Shown: in pieces, positions 14,241 to 26,329 of the stretch
How positions within the stretch are numbered: position 1 is the stretch's first letter
How the letters are laid out: each line of letters starts with the position of its first letter
Notes under the pieces: model-generated
The model's input: the letters and a program-made list of their open reading frames with translations, nothing else
Told to the model about the DNA's origin: nothing
Databases searched by the model: none
DNA from: Dendrobates tinctorius
Taxonomy: Eukaryota
DNA length: 64,000 nucleotides
Direction: 5' to 3'
Assembly: GCF_039654945.1 (NCBI RefSeq)
Contig: NW_027361819.1
Span: 5,890,001 to 5,954,000 of the forward strand
Translations under genes and position numbers: made by a program

Positions 14241-14372
14241 TAGATAGATAAATAGAGAGATAGATTATATATAAATGATAGATAATAGATAAATAGATAA
14301 ATGGTAGCTAATAGATAGATAATAGATAGATAGAGAGATAGATAATAGAGAGACAGATAAATGATAGAATAA
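14241..14372. repeat. Degenerate (GATA)n microsatellite
   Basis: Runs of tagataga and gataatag. Confidence 0.75.
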
Positions 14373-14488
14373 GTAGCAGCTGGTAAACGCCTATTAGTTG
14401 TGATGTAAAAAATGAAAAAAACGTATACATCTCTCTATCCATGAAGAACGGCCACACACAGAGATTCCATGTAGTAAACATTCAGAAG

Positions 14489-14494
14489 TTTATT
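14489..14494 (-). terminator. Candidate polyadenylation signal (AATAAA) of the GBP gene
   Basis: tttatt on plus, about 720 bp downstream of the GBP stop codon. Confidence 0.35.
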
Positions 14495-15208
14495 CGTCCA
14501 TGTGCAGAAACACAGCAACATCTGATCGCTTGTCGTGTAACAACATGGTGGCTATTGATGGTGTGTGAGGGGCCGGTCCATGTGATGACGTATACAGCCG
14601 GTAGTAATGACGTATACAGCCGGTAGTAATATATGTAGATGTAACATCGTTACTAAGTGAAGAACGATTCTAATGACGCAGAGAGAACTGTAATCAGCGA
14701 TTGTTCTAGTGTACATATGGTGATAGGTGTCACAGCTGTATGTGAGGGGACTCACCAATCATGTGACCAGAGCAAAAGTTAAATTAAATGCCCCCTATGT
14801 GAAATTCAAAGAGGCGACTTTGGATAAAATATCGCAGAGCTGGTGTGGATGCATAAGTCCGCACACCCTGTAAATGAGAAGATCTATACAGGTGCATAGG
14901 GGCGGCAGTCGCACCCAGGTTCCAAGAGGTCCCTTCAGCTTGTTGGAGAGGACCCATGCTACCAGAGGTGCCTGATACGTAGGGGCCCTGTGGGAGATTT
15001 GCATTGGGGCCCACGAGGTTTGCGTTACACCAGTGGATCTAAGCATGACACACTGAGATGTCAGATGGAGGCGCGGGCCGAGCTGTGTACACAGGACAGA
15101 AGACATCTTTACCAGTGGCGTTGCCTTCTGGGCACTGTAGGGCTTTACGGCACGAGGGTGTGGGTAGAATTTTGCATGGTCTGATTGGAGAAACGATGTT
15201 TTGTGCTT

Positions 15209-15454
15209 TTATATTGATTTCCGCATTTTGAACTCTCTATACATCTGGCCGGCTTTAGTGTGGATCACCTTTCCCGCCATTTCGATAAGTGAGGGGGCAA
15301 CAGCGGAGACCACATTCTTCAACTTGTCAAGGACGGGTGTATACCATTGATGCTCATCCATCTTCTTCTCCTCCTCCACCTGCAAGTCCTCGATCTGCGC
15401 TTGGTACATGTTGGCTTGTTTGTGAAATCCCTGTCTCTCGTAGGAATCCCGCTC
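15209..15454 (-). CDS. GBP: GBP last coding exon (ERDSYERQGF...MYREFKMRKSI*)
   Basis: Acceptor gcacag at 15455-15460, phase 0; TAA at 15209-15211. Confidence 0.82.
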   Translation of the reverse strand, partial: ERDSYERQGFHKQANMYQAQIEDLQVEEEKKMDEHQWYTPVLDKLKNVVSAVAPSLIEMAGKVIHTKAGQMYREFKMRKSI

Positions 15455-16400
15455 CTGTGCACACACAATAAGAACGGCTGAGTATAACGCTATGGTAATG
15501 GAGCGCCCACTAAGTCTAAGTCAGGCAAAGAGGAGCACGAGTCAGTTACAATCATTATCCGGGCAGCTTAACCCTCAAGATGCTGCTGCTCACTCTGTCA
15601 CGTGCGTGCTCACATCCTCCAGCAATGTCATCCCACCAACGTCAGCCCCACTTTTCCCGGATAGTGGCATAACTTGTTGTGACCGCTGCAGCCAATCGTC
15701 TGCTTTGATGAAATAGTAAAGCCTACAGCTAAACAGCAGCCACTCATTGGCTGCAGAGATTACATGGGGCAAAAATTCACATCACTCTATGGGAAAAGTG
15801 GTGCTGTGCTCGAGGTGAGTGTACATTGTTTTTAATACAATTGGGGCCCTCAATCGATTAAGCTGGGGTTGTGCAATAGTTGCCCAGTGGGACTAAAAAA
15901 AAAAAAGAACAAACAAACAAAACACCTACGTAATAACAAAATGTTTTAAAGTATCTACAGTAAATGGTGAAACTCAGTAGTCCACACGTCCCGGATTACA
16001 TGGTGACTTTCTGTAGCGCTACTGATTGCTTTTACAGTGACAGCTGCAGATCACAAGATGAGCATATCTTCAGGATAGGGCACCAATGTCAGATAATGGT
16101 GGAGATAACATGTGGGTCCACCACTGATCGGCTGTTATCTGCTCTGGCGATGGTCAGATCTGATCAGTGCAGCTTCCTTCAATGTGTAGTGGTCGCTGAT
16201 GGGTGCTGCAGATCAGCTCCTTCTCTTGAATATACTCTTAATCTCCAGTATCCGGTAGCAGCTGCTACACAGTGAACGAAGCTCTCTGACCAATGTACAT
16301 ACATCTGGCTGCCGCTGAAGGAGTTATTATGAATTAATGACGTCATAAATGTCTCCTGCCTCATTCATACAGGACAAGGACACAGACGGCCAGCACTCAC

Positions 16401-16594
16401 CCTCTCCTTGTCTGCAATAGCTCGTTGAATTTGGGCAGCCATCAATCTATTTTCTTCCGCAAATTTTTCAAACGCGCCCATCACGTGGTTTTGTATATAC
16501 GCCTTCTCGTCTTCAAGCTTCTGATTCTTCTGGGATTCATTCATTTCATGCACTTTTTGCTCCATCTCTTCAATTTTTTTCTTTGCTTTCTCCT
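16401..16594 (-). CDS. GBP: GBP coding exon 9 (coiled-coil helix 12)
   Basis: ctgcag acceptor, gtgagt donor, 194 bp; EEKAKKKIEEMEQK...IADKER. Confidence 0.85.
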
Positions 16595-17804
16595 CTGCAG
16601 AGAGAATTGAGGATAGGACGGCTTTACCTGAAGTAGGGCGCCATATTGTCCGACTCAGCCCTACACAAGTTTCTAGACAAAGGGACTTTTACACGGTACT
16701 CTGCACAAAAGTTTTACATTTTCCTACTATATTACGTCTTCTCCAGGATTCCGGCCTAGAGATTTCCTAATGTAGGGATGTGGACTTGTCTTACCCTATT
16801 CCTACCTCTGAAGAGAACAGAGGCGCCATGTGAATATTGTCATGCAGTTTTATATGTAGAAGTAATGCGTGTCCAATGTAATGCATTATGGTGATACACA
16901 GTATGTAAAGTGTTAATGCGTAATGTGAGTACAGCATAAGATATAGAATAAGGATAATACGTATAGCGTATAAAATAGGAAATGGTTAAGTATAGAGCTA
17001 GTACAGTAGTGCTGATAAAAGGGAGGCACGTCCTGGTCAGAGGGAGTCCAGTGTCAGTGAAGAACCTAGTGAAGGCCAAGTTCACATGCGGTGGGCTGCT
17101 AGGGGCAGCATGTGTCGCTTGTTCCAGGCAGTGGATGGCATTACTGGGATCCTGAGCTGCTGCTCCTGTCACGCCCAGAGACCAAGATCTGGTATATGGG
17201 CTGCTGGACACATCGTAGAAAATGGACAGGGATGAGGATGGCTGGTCCTGGATGCATTGCCGAGGTGGATGAGAAATCCCAGAGACTGACAGAATCAGTG
17301 GACTTGGGGGTAGTCTAGGACGAGCTAGGGACAGGACTTAAGAGAAGTTGTGCTGAGAAGGAGGAAAACGTGAATAGTTGTGCCCTATTCCACATGTCAC
17401 CACCTGATGAACTTGGACTGTTTAGTAAAAGTTTGACTGTTGTAAAGAACTGGAGGCATTGGAGGCCTGAGACATACAAGTAAGTGTGATGCACCTCACA
17501 CCCTACATCACCCTGGGACTGGGACACCCCTTGTCTGTAAAGTGCCAGAGTGAAGCTGGACAGCAGCTCGGTCACGACTACCGCTCTGCGCCACTTTACA
17601 CTAGCATTGCTCCATAAGAAGGTTATAGGTAGCCGGATTAGACCCATGTACATGGGCCATTACTTCGATATACTATGTGTAGATACGAGTCTCTGATGAA
17701 GAGCAGAGAAATGTACAAGAGAAATTGTGAACGCAACATTGAGAAGCGGGAAGATCCTCTCAAGACTGTAAGAAGAACACCTACAACTATAAGCGATCGT
17801 TCAC

Positions 17805-17907
17805 CTTCAAGCTCCTTCTCTTTCTCAGTCAAGGCTTCATCGGTCTTCAGAATATTGATTTCAATGGATTTCCAAAGGGTCAGGTATTTCTGGAGCACAG
17901 TTTCAGC
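17805..17907 (-). CDS. GBP: GBP coding exon 8
   Basis: 103 bp; AETVLQKYL...ILKTDEALTEKEKELE; AG/GT boundaries. Confidence 0.88.
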
Positions 17908-18371
17908 CTATATGAATGAGAAATGTAAAAAGTATAAACTATTTGAACCATGAGAAAAGCGAATCTGAATCTTGTCCATTATGTGAAGCATAAATGGCCA
18001 TCGATGGCCATCAATAGATCAACTGGAAAGAGTCAGCGATCACCTGATGGAGGCATCATAGATATGTTGGTTACGTAAGGTCCCCATACATATTAGATGA
18101 AAGTCCGTTGAACCTGCCGATCGGGGCAGGACTGGACGACCATCTAATGTTTATAGGAGGCTCCTGATTCTCCTGAACAGATGGTGTCGGAGAACAGTAG
18201 GAATGAGCCATTGGAATTTCAGCACCTGATGCTTTTCTTTTCAGGGAAGATAAGCTGCTACCAGAAAAGTCCAACAGCGGTTTTCTTCTCTCTCCCCCCA
18301 CGCCTATGGAGGAGGCGGGAAAGTCAGCTATCTGATGAATGAATGTTCAGTTCTTATTCTCTACCACCAAC

Positions 18372-18584
18372 CTCAATGCCCTTCCTGGGTTCCATGTGAT
18401 ATTTTTCTTCTATTGCTTGTAAGTCTTCCTTGAATTTTTTATGGCCACCACGAACACTGTATGATCCTTTAGAAAAAGCTTCCTGGTTCTCCGCAGAATG
18501 CTTCTTAATCAGGACTTCACAAACTTCCCGGGACTTCTCCTCATTCATATTACAGAACTCATTCTTCTTCTGTTGGATCAGTTC
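18372..18584 (-). CDS. GBP: GBP coding exon 7
   Basis: 213 bp; ELIQQKKNEFCNMNEEKS...YSVRGGH...PRKGIE. Confidence 0.9.
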
Positions 18585-19210
18585 CTGAAGGAAAAAACCA
18601 CAACCTTCAAATTTTTGCTGGATAATTGGTTTTAAGAGTCAAGCTCAACTCAACAGCCATATATGGAGTATTTGGGACTGTTAAGGTCCAGTTGGAGATG
18701 GACTAGATTTGCTATGATTAATTAATAAATCTCATCATACTGGTGTGTTCACCGGATCTTAGCATAAAAGTGTTGCGCAAGCCATATGTTAGATATCATG
18801 ATTAAGGGAGCTTAGTCACCACAAACGCGTCGATATCACATTTTATGTACTGTTTACGCTGATGCTTTTTCCCTCTATTGAGCACGTTTTTCAGTGAACA
18901 AAGGAAAAGTTTTTTCACTACTTCATTTAGCTGGATCCTCCATTCCCATGATATAGAGCGCCTGCTGGAAGACAGGACCACTGTGAATGTGACTCTCCAA
19001 TAAAAAGACTCTGAGAAGAGAAATATGACCTTTATTTTTAGGTGTTAGGATGAGATGATTGAATCTGTTTAAAGCAAAACTAATTCTCTAATTTTACAAA
19101 ATATTTTGACCTAAATCCATTTTTTGTGTGATTTCCTCCCAGCAAAATGTTAAATCAAATTTTGTGGCCATAATTACAGCAGATTTGTTGATCACTAGTG
19201 TCGGACTCAC

Positions 19211-19491
19211 CATATATTCTTGGAGGAATTTCTGGTCTTTGTCTTTAAATGACCTTTTTAAAAAGATCGGAAGAGCTTCGTTCTCGCACTGCCGGCTCAG
19301 CTCAAGGAACTCGGTCAGGGTGTCGGTGGGGAAGACGACGCGTTCCTTCATCTTGTTCTCATAATATTGCACAGCCTCCTGGATGGCCGCCTTGTTCTCG
19401 ATGTCAGACAGGGTATGGGCCACGTCCTCCATGCAGGCAATATTGGATGTCATTATCGCCTCAGTGTACATCTCTGCCAGTTTACCAAGCT
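19211..19491 (-). CDS. GBP: GBP coding exon 6
   Basis: 281 bp; QLGKLAEMYTEAI..IACMEDVAHTLSDIENKAAIQEAVQYY..FPTDTL..FLKRSFKD. Confidence 0.92.
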
Positions 19492-19539
19492 CTGAAAAAC
19501 AAATGGAATGAATGGATGAACCGATGAGGTCTAGAAGAA

Positions 19540-20165
19540 GTCTGCTCTCAGGTGGGGGTGGTAGTATGCTCTCAGGCAGGGGGTGGTAGTGTGCTCTCAG
19601 GCAGGGGTGGTAGTCTGCTCTCAGTTAGGGATGGTAGTCGGCTCTCAGGCGGGGGTGGTAGTCGGCTCTCAAGTGGGAGGTGGCAGTCTGCTCTCATGTG
19701 GGGGGTGGTAGTCTGCTCTCAGGTGGGGGTGGTAGTCTGTTCTCAGGTGGGGGTGGTAGTCTACTCTCAGGTGGGGGGGTGTAGTCTACACTCAGGTGGG
19801 GGTGGTAGTCTGCTCTCAGGTGGGGGGGTGGTAGTCTGCTCTCAGGTGGGGGGGTGGTAGTCTGCTCTCAGGTGGGGGTGGTAGTCTGCTCTCAGGTGGG
19901 GGGTGGTAGTCTGCTCTCAGGTGGGGGGGTGTTGTCTACACTCAGGTGGGGGGTGTTGTCTACACTCAGGTGGGGCGTGTTGTCTACACTCAGGTGGGGG
20001 TGGTAGTCTGCTCTCAGGTCGGGGTAGTAGTCTGCTCTCAAGTGGTGGGGTGGTAGTCTGCTCTCAGGTGGGGGGGTGGTAGTCTGCTCTCAGGTGGGGG
20101 GGTGGTAGTCTGCTCTCAGGCGGGGGTGGTAGTCTGCTCTCAGGTGGGATGGTAGTCTGCTCTCT
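19540..20165. repeat. G-rich ~26-bp minisatellite (GGTAGTCTGCTCTCAGGTGGGGG)n in a GBP intron
   Basis: More than 20 tandem copies visible. Confidence 0.92.
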
Positions 20166-20215
20166 GATGGTTCTTCCCTTAGTAATGGACTCCCTTTTGC
20201 ACAGATATAACTCAC

Positions 20216-20464
20216 GGCTTCCTGTAACTGTGACGCTGCCGATCACTTTCTTCGCTCCTGCTTCCTGGAAGATATAGTCACAGAAATTCTTTGTCTGCTG
20301 CAAAAATTCCTTTTTCAGTTCACTCTCGGAAATGTTGTCCATGTTCTGCAGAACTTCCGTTTTCGCAGATGGCTGATCAAACACGAAGCACTTGCGCTTC
20401 CCGAAGTACATGCGGAGGCGTTTCCTGGGTCTGTTATAATCCTCGTCTCTGGGTGTCTTTTCCG
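20216..20464 (-). CDS. GBP: GBP coding exon 5
   Basis: 249 bp; YNRPRKRLRMYFGKRKCFVFDQP...FCDYIF...VTVTGS. Confidence 0.92.
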
Positions 20465-20578
20465 CTGCCGCGAAGAAGAGAAATGTGATGGCGTGACAGT
20501 CAATGGAGGACGGAGCGATCGCTGATGGCTCCCCCCGTGATCCGCTCCTTTATCTATAGGCGTCGTCTCGATACTTAC

Positions 20579-20766
20579 GGTTTCGCAGCTTCAGAGCGTT
20601 GTCCAGATATTCATCCTCCGTAATCTGTTTCCCACCAACGTTCAGCTTCAAATGAAAATCTCTCACGGCCCAAATGAAGATGGGGAAATGCAGGGAGAAT
20701 TCCGCCTCCTCGTCCTCATTGTCATGAGATTTCACCTTGATCAGTTCTGCAAGATCCCCCACAAAT
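20579..20766 (-). CDS. GBP: GBP coding exon 4 (G4 motif WAVRDF)
   Basis: 188 bp; FPIFIWAVRDFHLKL...ITEDEYLDNALKL. Confidence 0.93.
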
Positions 20767-23044
20767 CTATTCACGGTGGATAAGGAAATGCCGGATAATG
20801 GCTTATTACAAAATGTCTGAACTCCCCAAAACTGGGCTGACTAATGATCATTCCTTCATCGTTTGCCATTTATAAAAAAAAATCTCAGACCTCCTTGACA
20901 TTTGGATTTTCTTGGCCGATGATGAAGCCGGTTGTTATCATCAGTGGAAAAACCACCTGATCGGTGTTCTGAACTGTGGCAATATTCGTTGGTTGGGCAT
21001 CGGTCAAAATTCAATGAAAAGGTTGTCGATCATCCATTATGTTGGAAATTGCCCATTTTGGACAAATTTTACCCAAACTTTATTGAGATTTGACAATTTG
21101 CGCTGCGCTCCTACAAGGATGGCTAGCACTGTAAGGAAGTGAAATAATGCTAAAAGTTCAGTAATTTGGGTTTTGTTTGGTTATGTAATAGAATTTTTGC
21201 ATAATTAATTGCATGGGGATATGTCTTTTAACATAAAATGGGTGAACTGGGTCAGTAGTGCTAAATCATCATCAGTCATTTAGAATTTTACCCCCTTCCC
21301 AGCATAGAATGTAATGTCCTATTGTAAAGGAGAGAAGATGATGCCAGTACAACCCTTTGAAGATGTTATGGTTATATAATGTGTTGTTTTAAATGTAGTT
21401 TTATCTGGTTTGTGTGTTGCAACAGTGGTTTAGTTGCGGACAGGTTTAATTATTGGAACCAGCCCAGTATGGGAGGGGGTTACATTTGCACAAGGGAATT
21501 AATCTTGTTAGACAGACAGGGTTGAGTACTTGACAAGTAAATACTCTAAGTAAATACCTATGGTCTTGCTGGTCGCAGACATGTATGTGAACGGGTGTTA
21601 GTGTGCCGTAAGGGGAGACCATGCATAGGATAGCACATTTTGAAGGAAACGAAAATTAAGTGGCAGAAGGATTCCTGATACCAGACAAGGAGGCCTATAC
21701 TATGTTTGGGGATGAATGTATGGGGTGAGCTCAGGAACAGTGCTGCTATGGCTGCTGGTGGCCTGCTGATGGCTCCATGGCTGCCATGTTGGAAGTCCTG
21801 TGAAGCCCAGCCACATACTGAGCTTCATAGGAGATTGTGATTTTATAGTTACAATTATCGGTATTGTAGGAAACTGAACAAGTGACATCAAATCCGGTGG
21901 AGATAAAATAATACAGTAAAAGAAAATTAAAATTATTATTTTTTATAAAATGTATCAATATTTTAATCACGTATTAATAAACGTATTTGGAATCGCATTG
22001 TCTGAAAAAGTCCAATTTGTCAAAGTGGCAAAGTAATTCATCCGGTAAAGCCGCACAGAGGAAAAAAAAAGGCAAAACTCCAGATGTGCGCTTTTACGGT
22101 TGTCCTCTCCATGAGAATGCAACAAGAAGCCATCAAAATGTTATGCGTACCCAAAAATGGTGGCAATAAAAACGTCAGCTCGCCAGGCGGAAACCAGGCC
22201 TTCACACAAAGTCCATGGATGGAAAAGTGAAAACATTACTCGTCTCGCAAGACGACGACGACACAAATGAAAACTTTTGTTTTTGCAAGTTTCTGAATGT
22301 TTTTTCTCCACATAAATAGACTATTAGTCTTTGGTGTCTCTGTACTCGCACTGACCTGGGTAATCATATTGTCAAGTCATTTTTACCAAACTAAATCTTA
22401 CAAACAATGGCGGAATTGCAATTTCATTTTTCACCGCACTTGGAAGTTTGTTTCCTTTTTTCACGTGTTTCAGTACACTGTACGGTAAAATAAATTGGGT
22501 CATTCAAAATTACAACCCGTCCTGCGAAAAACAAAACCTTACATGGCGACGGAAAAATAAAAATGTGACGGCTCTTGCGAGCAGGGAACAACAAAATTAA
22601 AGAAGGGGTAAAAACAGAAAATTGCTAATACAAGGTTCGCAGCCCGATACCATCAGGCCAACTTTTTATACAGCCTATTAGTGGGAAGACAATCTAGATC
22701 TTTATCAGTAGTACTGCCCACTTTAAAGTTGTTGTTTTTTAAACAAGATATCCCCTATCCATAATATAAGGTGTAACTTGCAAATTGCTGGTGGTCCAAC
22801 CCCATCGTGAATGGAGCAAAGCATGCATTTGTGGCCTTTGCTCCTTCCAATGTCCATGTGACTGGTGAAAATAGCTGAGTGCCGTGCTCGGCAGCCCCGC
22901 AGACAAGCCACGATCCAAGCGCTAGCACCCAGTGAACAGCAAGTCATCCTTTATACCAAGGATATGGGGATAGCATGATTTTTGGGGGAATAACCCTTTA
23001 CGACACTGGTAAATGAAAAGTACATAAACTTTTTGTAAGGATAC
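20767..23044 (-). other. U12-type (minor spliceosome) GT-AG intron in GBP
   Basis: 5' splice site GTATCCTT (23044-23037). Branch-like TTCCTTATC at 20787-20779, about 14 nt from the AG. No polypyrimidine tract. Confidence 0.8.
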
Positions 23045-23154
23045 TTCAGCTTGTCTATGGCATCTTGGTCGATTGTACCCTTGCTGTTATACACCAGGGC
23101 ACTACTCAGGAGGACGGAGAGGCTGAAGATCCAGATGTCATTTTTCTTGTCTCC
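23045..23154 (-). CDS. GBP: GBP coding exon 3
   Basis: 110 bp; [36 protein letters not shown]. Confidence 0.93.
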
Positions 23155-23460
23155 CTGTTAAGAAAAAAAGAAATGAGTCCTGTGGTCATAGATAATCCAT
23201 GAATGTCTCGTGGATGACCAAGATCTGTCTTCCTGTGATTTGTAGAGCTTCCATACAACCAAGCAAAAGACATGATCACTCAGGAATCAAATAGCCTGCA
23301 TATCTTATATCCTTATGCTCTAAACATTGCTCTTGTTATTTTTCATCCCTAAGTTAGTAATAATTAGATGGTACTCTAATAATAATAATGATAATAATTG
23401 AGAATGATCCCACCACTCGGGATCTGAAAATCCACCGATTTTGCAGTCTCCTTGAAGGCC

Positions 23461-23650
23461 ATAGCTTCATAGTTTTGGATAAAGGTAGACTTAAGTCCTT
23501 TGAGTTCAACCTATAGCCTAACGTGTTGATCCAGAGGAAGGCAAAAACCCCATGAGGCAGACAAAAAATTCCTTACTGACACCACATACGGCAATCAGAC
23601 TAGCTCCCTTGATCAATGTCCCGTCACAGAATCTAGTGCCCATAGCCTAG
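23461..23650 (-). mobile_element. CR1 3'UTR fragment
   Basis: Reverse complement resembles the CR1-A 3'UTR at 47220-47420. Confidence 0.55.
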
Positions 23651-24234
23651 ATCTGAATATGCTTGTGGTTTCTCCTGTTGTCCAAGAACTGATCATGGAA
23701 GACTCCTATATGTACTATAGGGAAGCAGGAGGTAAGGTGCTGGACAGAAGGTATGTTTCACAGATGTGGGTGGCCTTGGTGATGTAAGCCCCAGAGACAA
23801 CTGCTTTGATAACAATAAGTTACTGAGAGGAATTTTAGTGGAACTGATTTTGGGTCTTGGATTTGGGAGTGACCAAAAGAGCTTGGGTGGGAAAGGTCAC
23901 TCTCATACATTCCAGCCCAGGCCTTGCAGGTCCTATATAAAGCAGCTGGGTTGGCTCAGGTTTGGTCTGTAGTGTTGGAGAGGAAAAGACCAATAACAGA
24001 CTGTGCCTGAGCATAAGCAGTGCATGTACTACTGGGTGGGTGAGACCATACTACTATATTGTGCCTACCCAAGAAGAAACAGATTTTGTTATTGAATTTT
24101 TTGGCTAAAGAAAAGCTGTTTACTTTATTTTAAAATTTTACGAGAGAAAATACATTTTACCGTTTGATACTAAAACCCGTGCCTGTGTGGACCCCAGTGG
24201 CTACCAAAGAGCATGGACCCCTACACTACCTTAC

Positions 24235-24362
24235 CTTTTCCACATCACCCAGACCTTCAGTGTCTAGCAGAACCAGGACGTGGTCTGGCTTCGTAGGATG
24301 AGGAACGCACCACATCCAGATGCCTTTGGTCTCAGCTTGGACATTGTAACCCAGGTTAAAAC
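24235..24362 (-). CDS. GBP: GBP coding exon 2 (switch I / G3 DTEG)
   Basis: 128 bp; [43 protein letters not shown]. Confidence 0.95.
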
Positions 24363-24520
24363 CTATGGAGATAAATTATTGATAATTAATGTTTTTCTTT
24401 TTTTCAGTAATTGCATAAATCTAAGTCTTCTTTCACATAGATTTTAGTGATTTTTTTTTGTGCAAACCAATATATGCTATGAGTTGAATTGATGATCTAC
24501 TTCTTTGGTGGGCCCCCCAC

Positions 24521-24698
24521 CTTTCTTGGCTCCAGCTAACTTGTTCATCAGGTAAGACTTCCCCGTTCGGTATAAACCGACTATTGACACCACCACCACC
24601 GGCTGGATGATCTTTGTCAGGAATTTTACGGCCTCGGGATTCACCGTCAGCTTTCCTTCCTTGGTGTTCTCAATCAGACACACCGGGTTGTCCATCAT
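24521..24698 (-). CDS. GBP: GBP first coding exon (P-loop GLYRTGKS); the spliced CDS is 1890 nt, 629 aa
   Basis: [11 protein letters not shown]...[25 protein letters not shown]. Acceptor ctgcag at 24701-24706. All 10 exons join in frame with no stops. Confidence 0.95.
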
Positions 24699-25714
24699 AA
24701 CTGCAGTAATAAAGCAAGTGTTAATAGGAATCAAAGTGTTAAACACATCGATAATGAATTATATTATTGCACTCGGTCAATTGGGTCATGTGTCATGAGG
24801 TCAATTGGGTCATGTGGCCATTTACCACATGACTATGGGGTAAGCGTTGGGCTACGCCAGAATAATATGGCAGGAACATAAGGTGCGTTTTGGCGTTAAG
24901 GGGCAGAGTGCGGATTATCTGATGTGGCTTGTAGTGCGTTGCACCGTGTATTCGGTCACAATTTTCCGTGAACCCAAGGAATGATGCTGACATTGCCAAA
25001 TGTGGTCTGAAGAGCAGATGCTGAGTTGACCAAGAAATGATTTGCTGTTGTGAGTAATGGGCTGCAGTGCGGTGGCATGGTGCATTGTCAAACAGGGAAA
25101 GGCTTGGTTCTGGGAAGTCTGTTTGGGCGGTGAAGGACATAAGCTTAGTTAGATACGTATCTGGAGGAAGGTACAACTTAGTGGAATAGAGAGAGTGTGA
25201 AACATCAGTCTGTGAGAAGCTGGTGTAGGGTGTGATTGACTGTCCTGAGGCTTGTGGTGTGGCCAGTGAGGTGTATTTTACTGAACAGGATTGTGTTAGG
25301 TGGGGTCCGGAGCTCATAGAGATAGGGCCAGAACGTTAGTGACACCCATCCTGTGTATGCACTGCAAGTTGTGCTACTGAGCTGAGTTTAGTGGTGGCAG
25401 GTGCTGTGGAGCACAGGTTCATGGAGAACCTGGCCTGTGTGGGGTCAACAGTGACCTTTTGTAGTGGTGGGATTCTACAGAAGTGATGCCCCTGAATTCC
25501 TGAGGACCTGTAACACCTGATGAAGAAGAGAAGAAGACTGTCATTGCAAAAACATCTGGATAGGAACTGAAAGATTAAAGAAGCCAATTTCTGTCCGATT
25601 CCCACAGAGCGCAGAACCCAGAGTCGTCTCGTTACTACAAGACGTCATCATAGAAGTGGTCACAAAGACTGTTACATTCTGAGCCCGGAATAGACTTTGC
25701 CTCTCACTAAAGAT

Positions 25715-26102
25715 AATGCCAGCACCGAGATTCAGCGCCGAGTCTCAGCAGTGAGCCTCAGCACCGAGTTTCAACGCTGAGCTTCAATGCCGAGCCTCAG
25801 TGGTGAGCCTCAAGATCGAGCTTCAGCACCGAGCTTCAACCCCGAGCCTCAGCATCGAGCCTCAAGATCGAGCCTCAGCACCGAGCTTCAACCCCAAGCC
25901 TCAGTATCGAGCCTCAGCACCGAGCCTCAGCATCGAGCTTCAACCCCAAGCCTCAGTATCGAGCCTCAGCATCGAGCCTCAGCACTGAACTTCAACCCCA
26001 AGCCTCAGTATCGAGCCTCAGCATCGAGCCTCAGCAATGAGCCTCAGTACCAAGCTTCAACACCGAGCCTCAACACCAAACCTCAGCACTGAGCCTCAGC
26101 AC
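25715..26102. repeat. Short-period tandem repeat (GAGCCTCAGCAYC-like)
   Basis: Repeated gagcctcagcaccga and gagcttcaacccc units. Confidence 0.85.
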
Positions 26103-26329
26103 CTCATATGTGACTGTGAATCGCTCAATCATTGGGTTACCAGCTCAAAACAAAGATGGTATTGTGTCGGTAAGAACGTTATGGACGCGACGTTCCAGGG
26201 AAAAGGACTGTAAACAACAGAAAAGGAGATAAAATCTTATTTATGTGATATTCAGCATTTGCTACAGGAAAGGCGCAGTCAGCATGTGAAGAGTTAACGA
26301 GCGCTGTTCTCCATACTCAGAGCAAAAGA

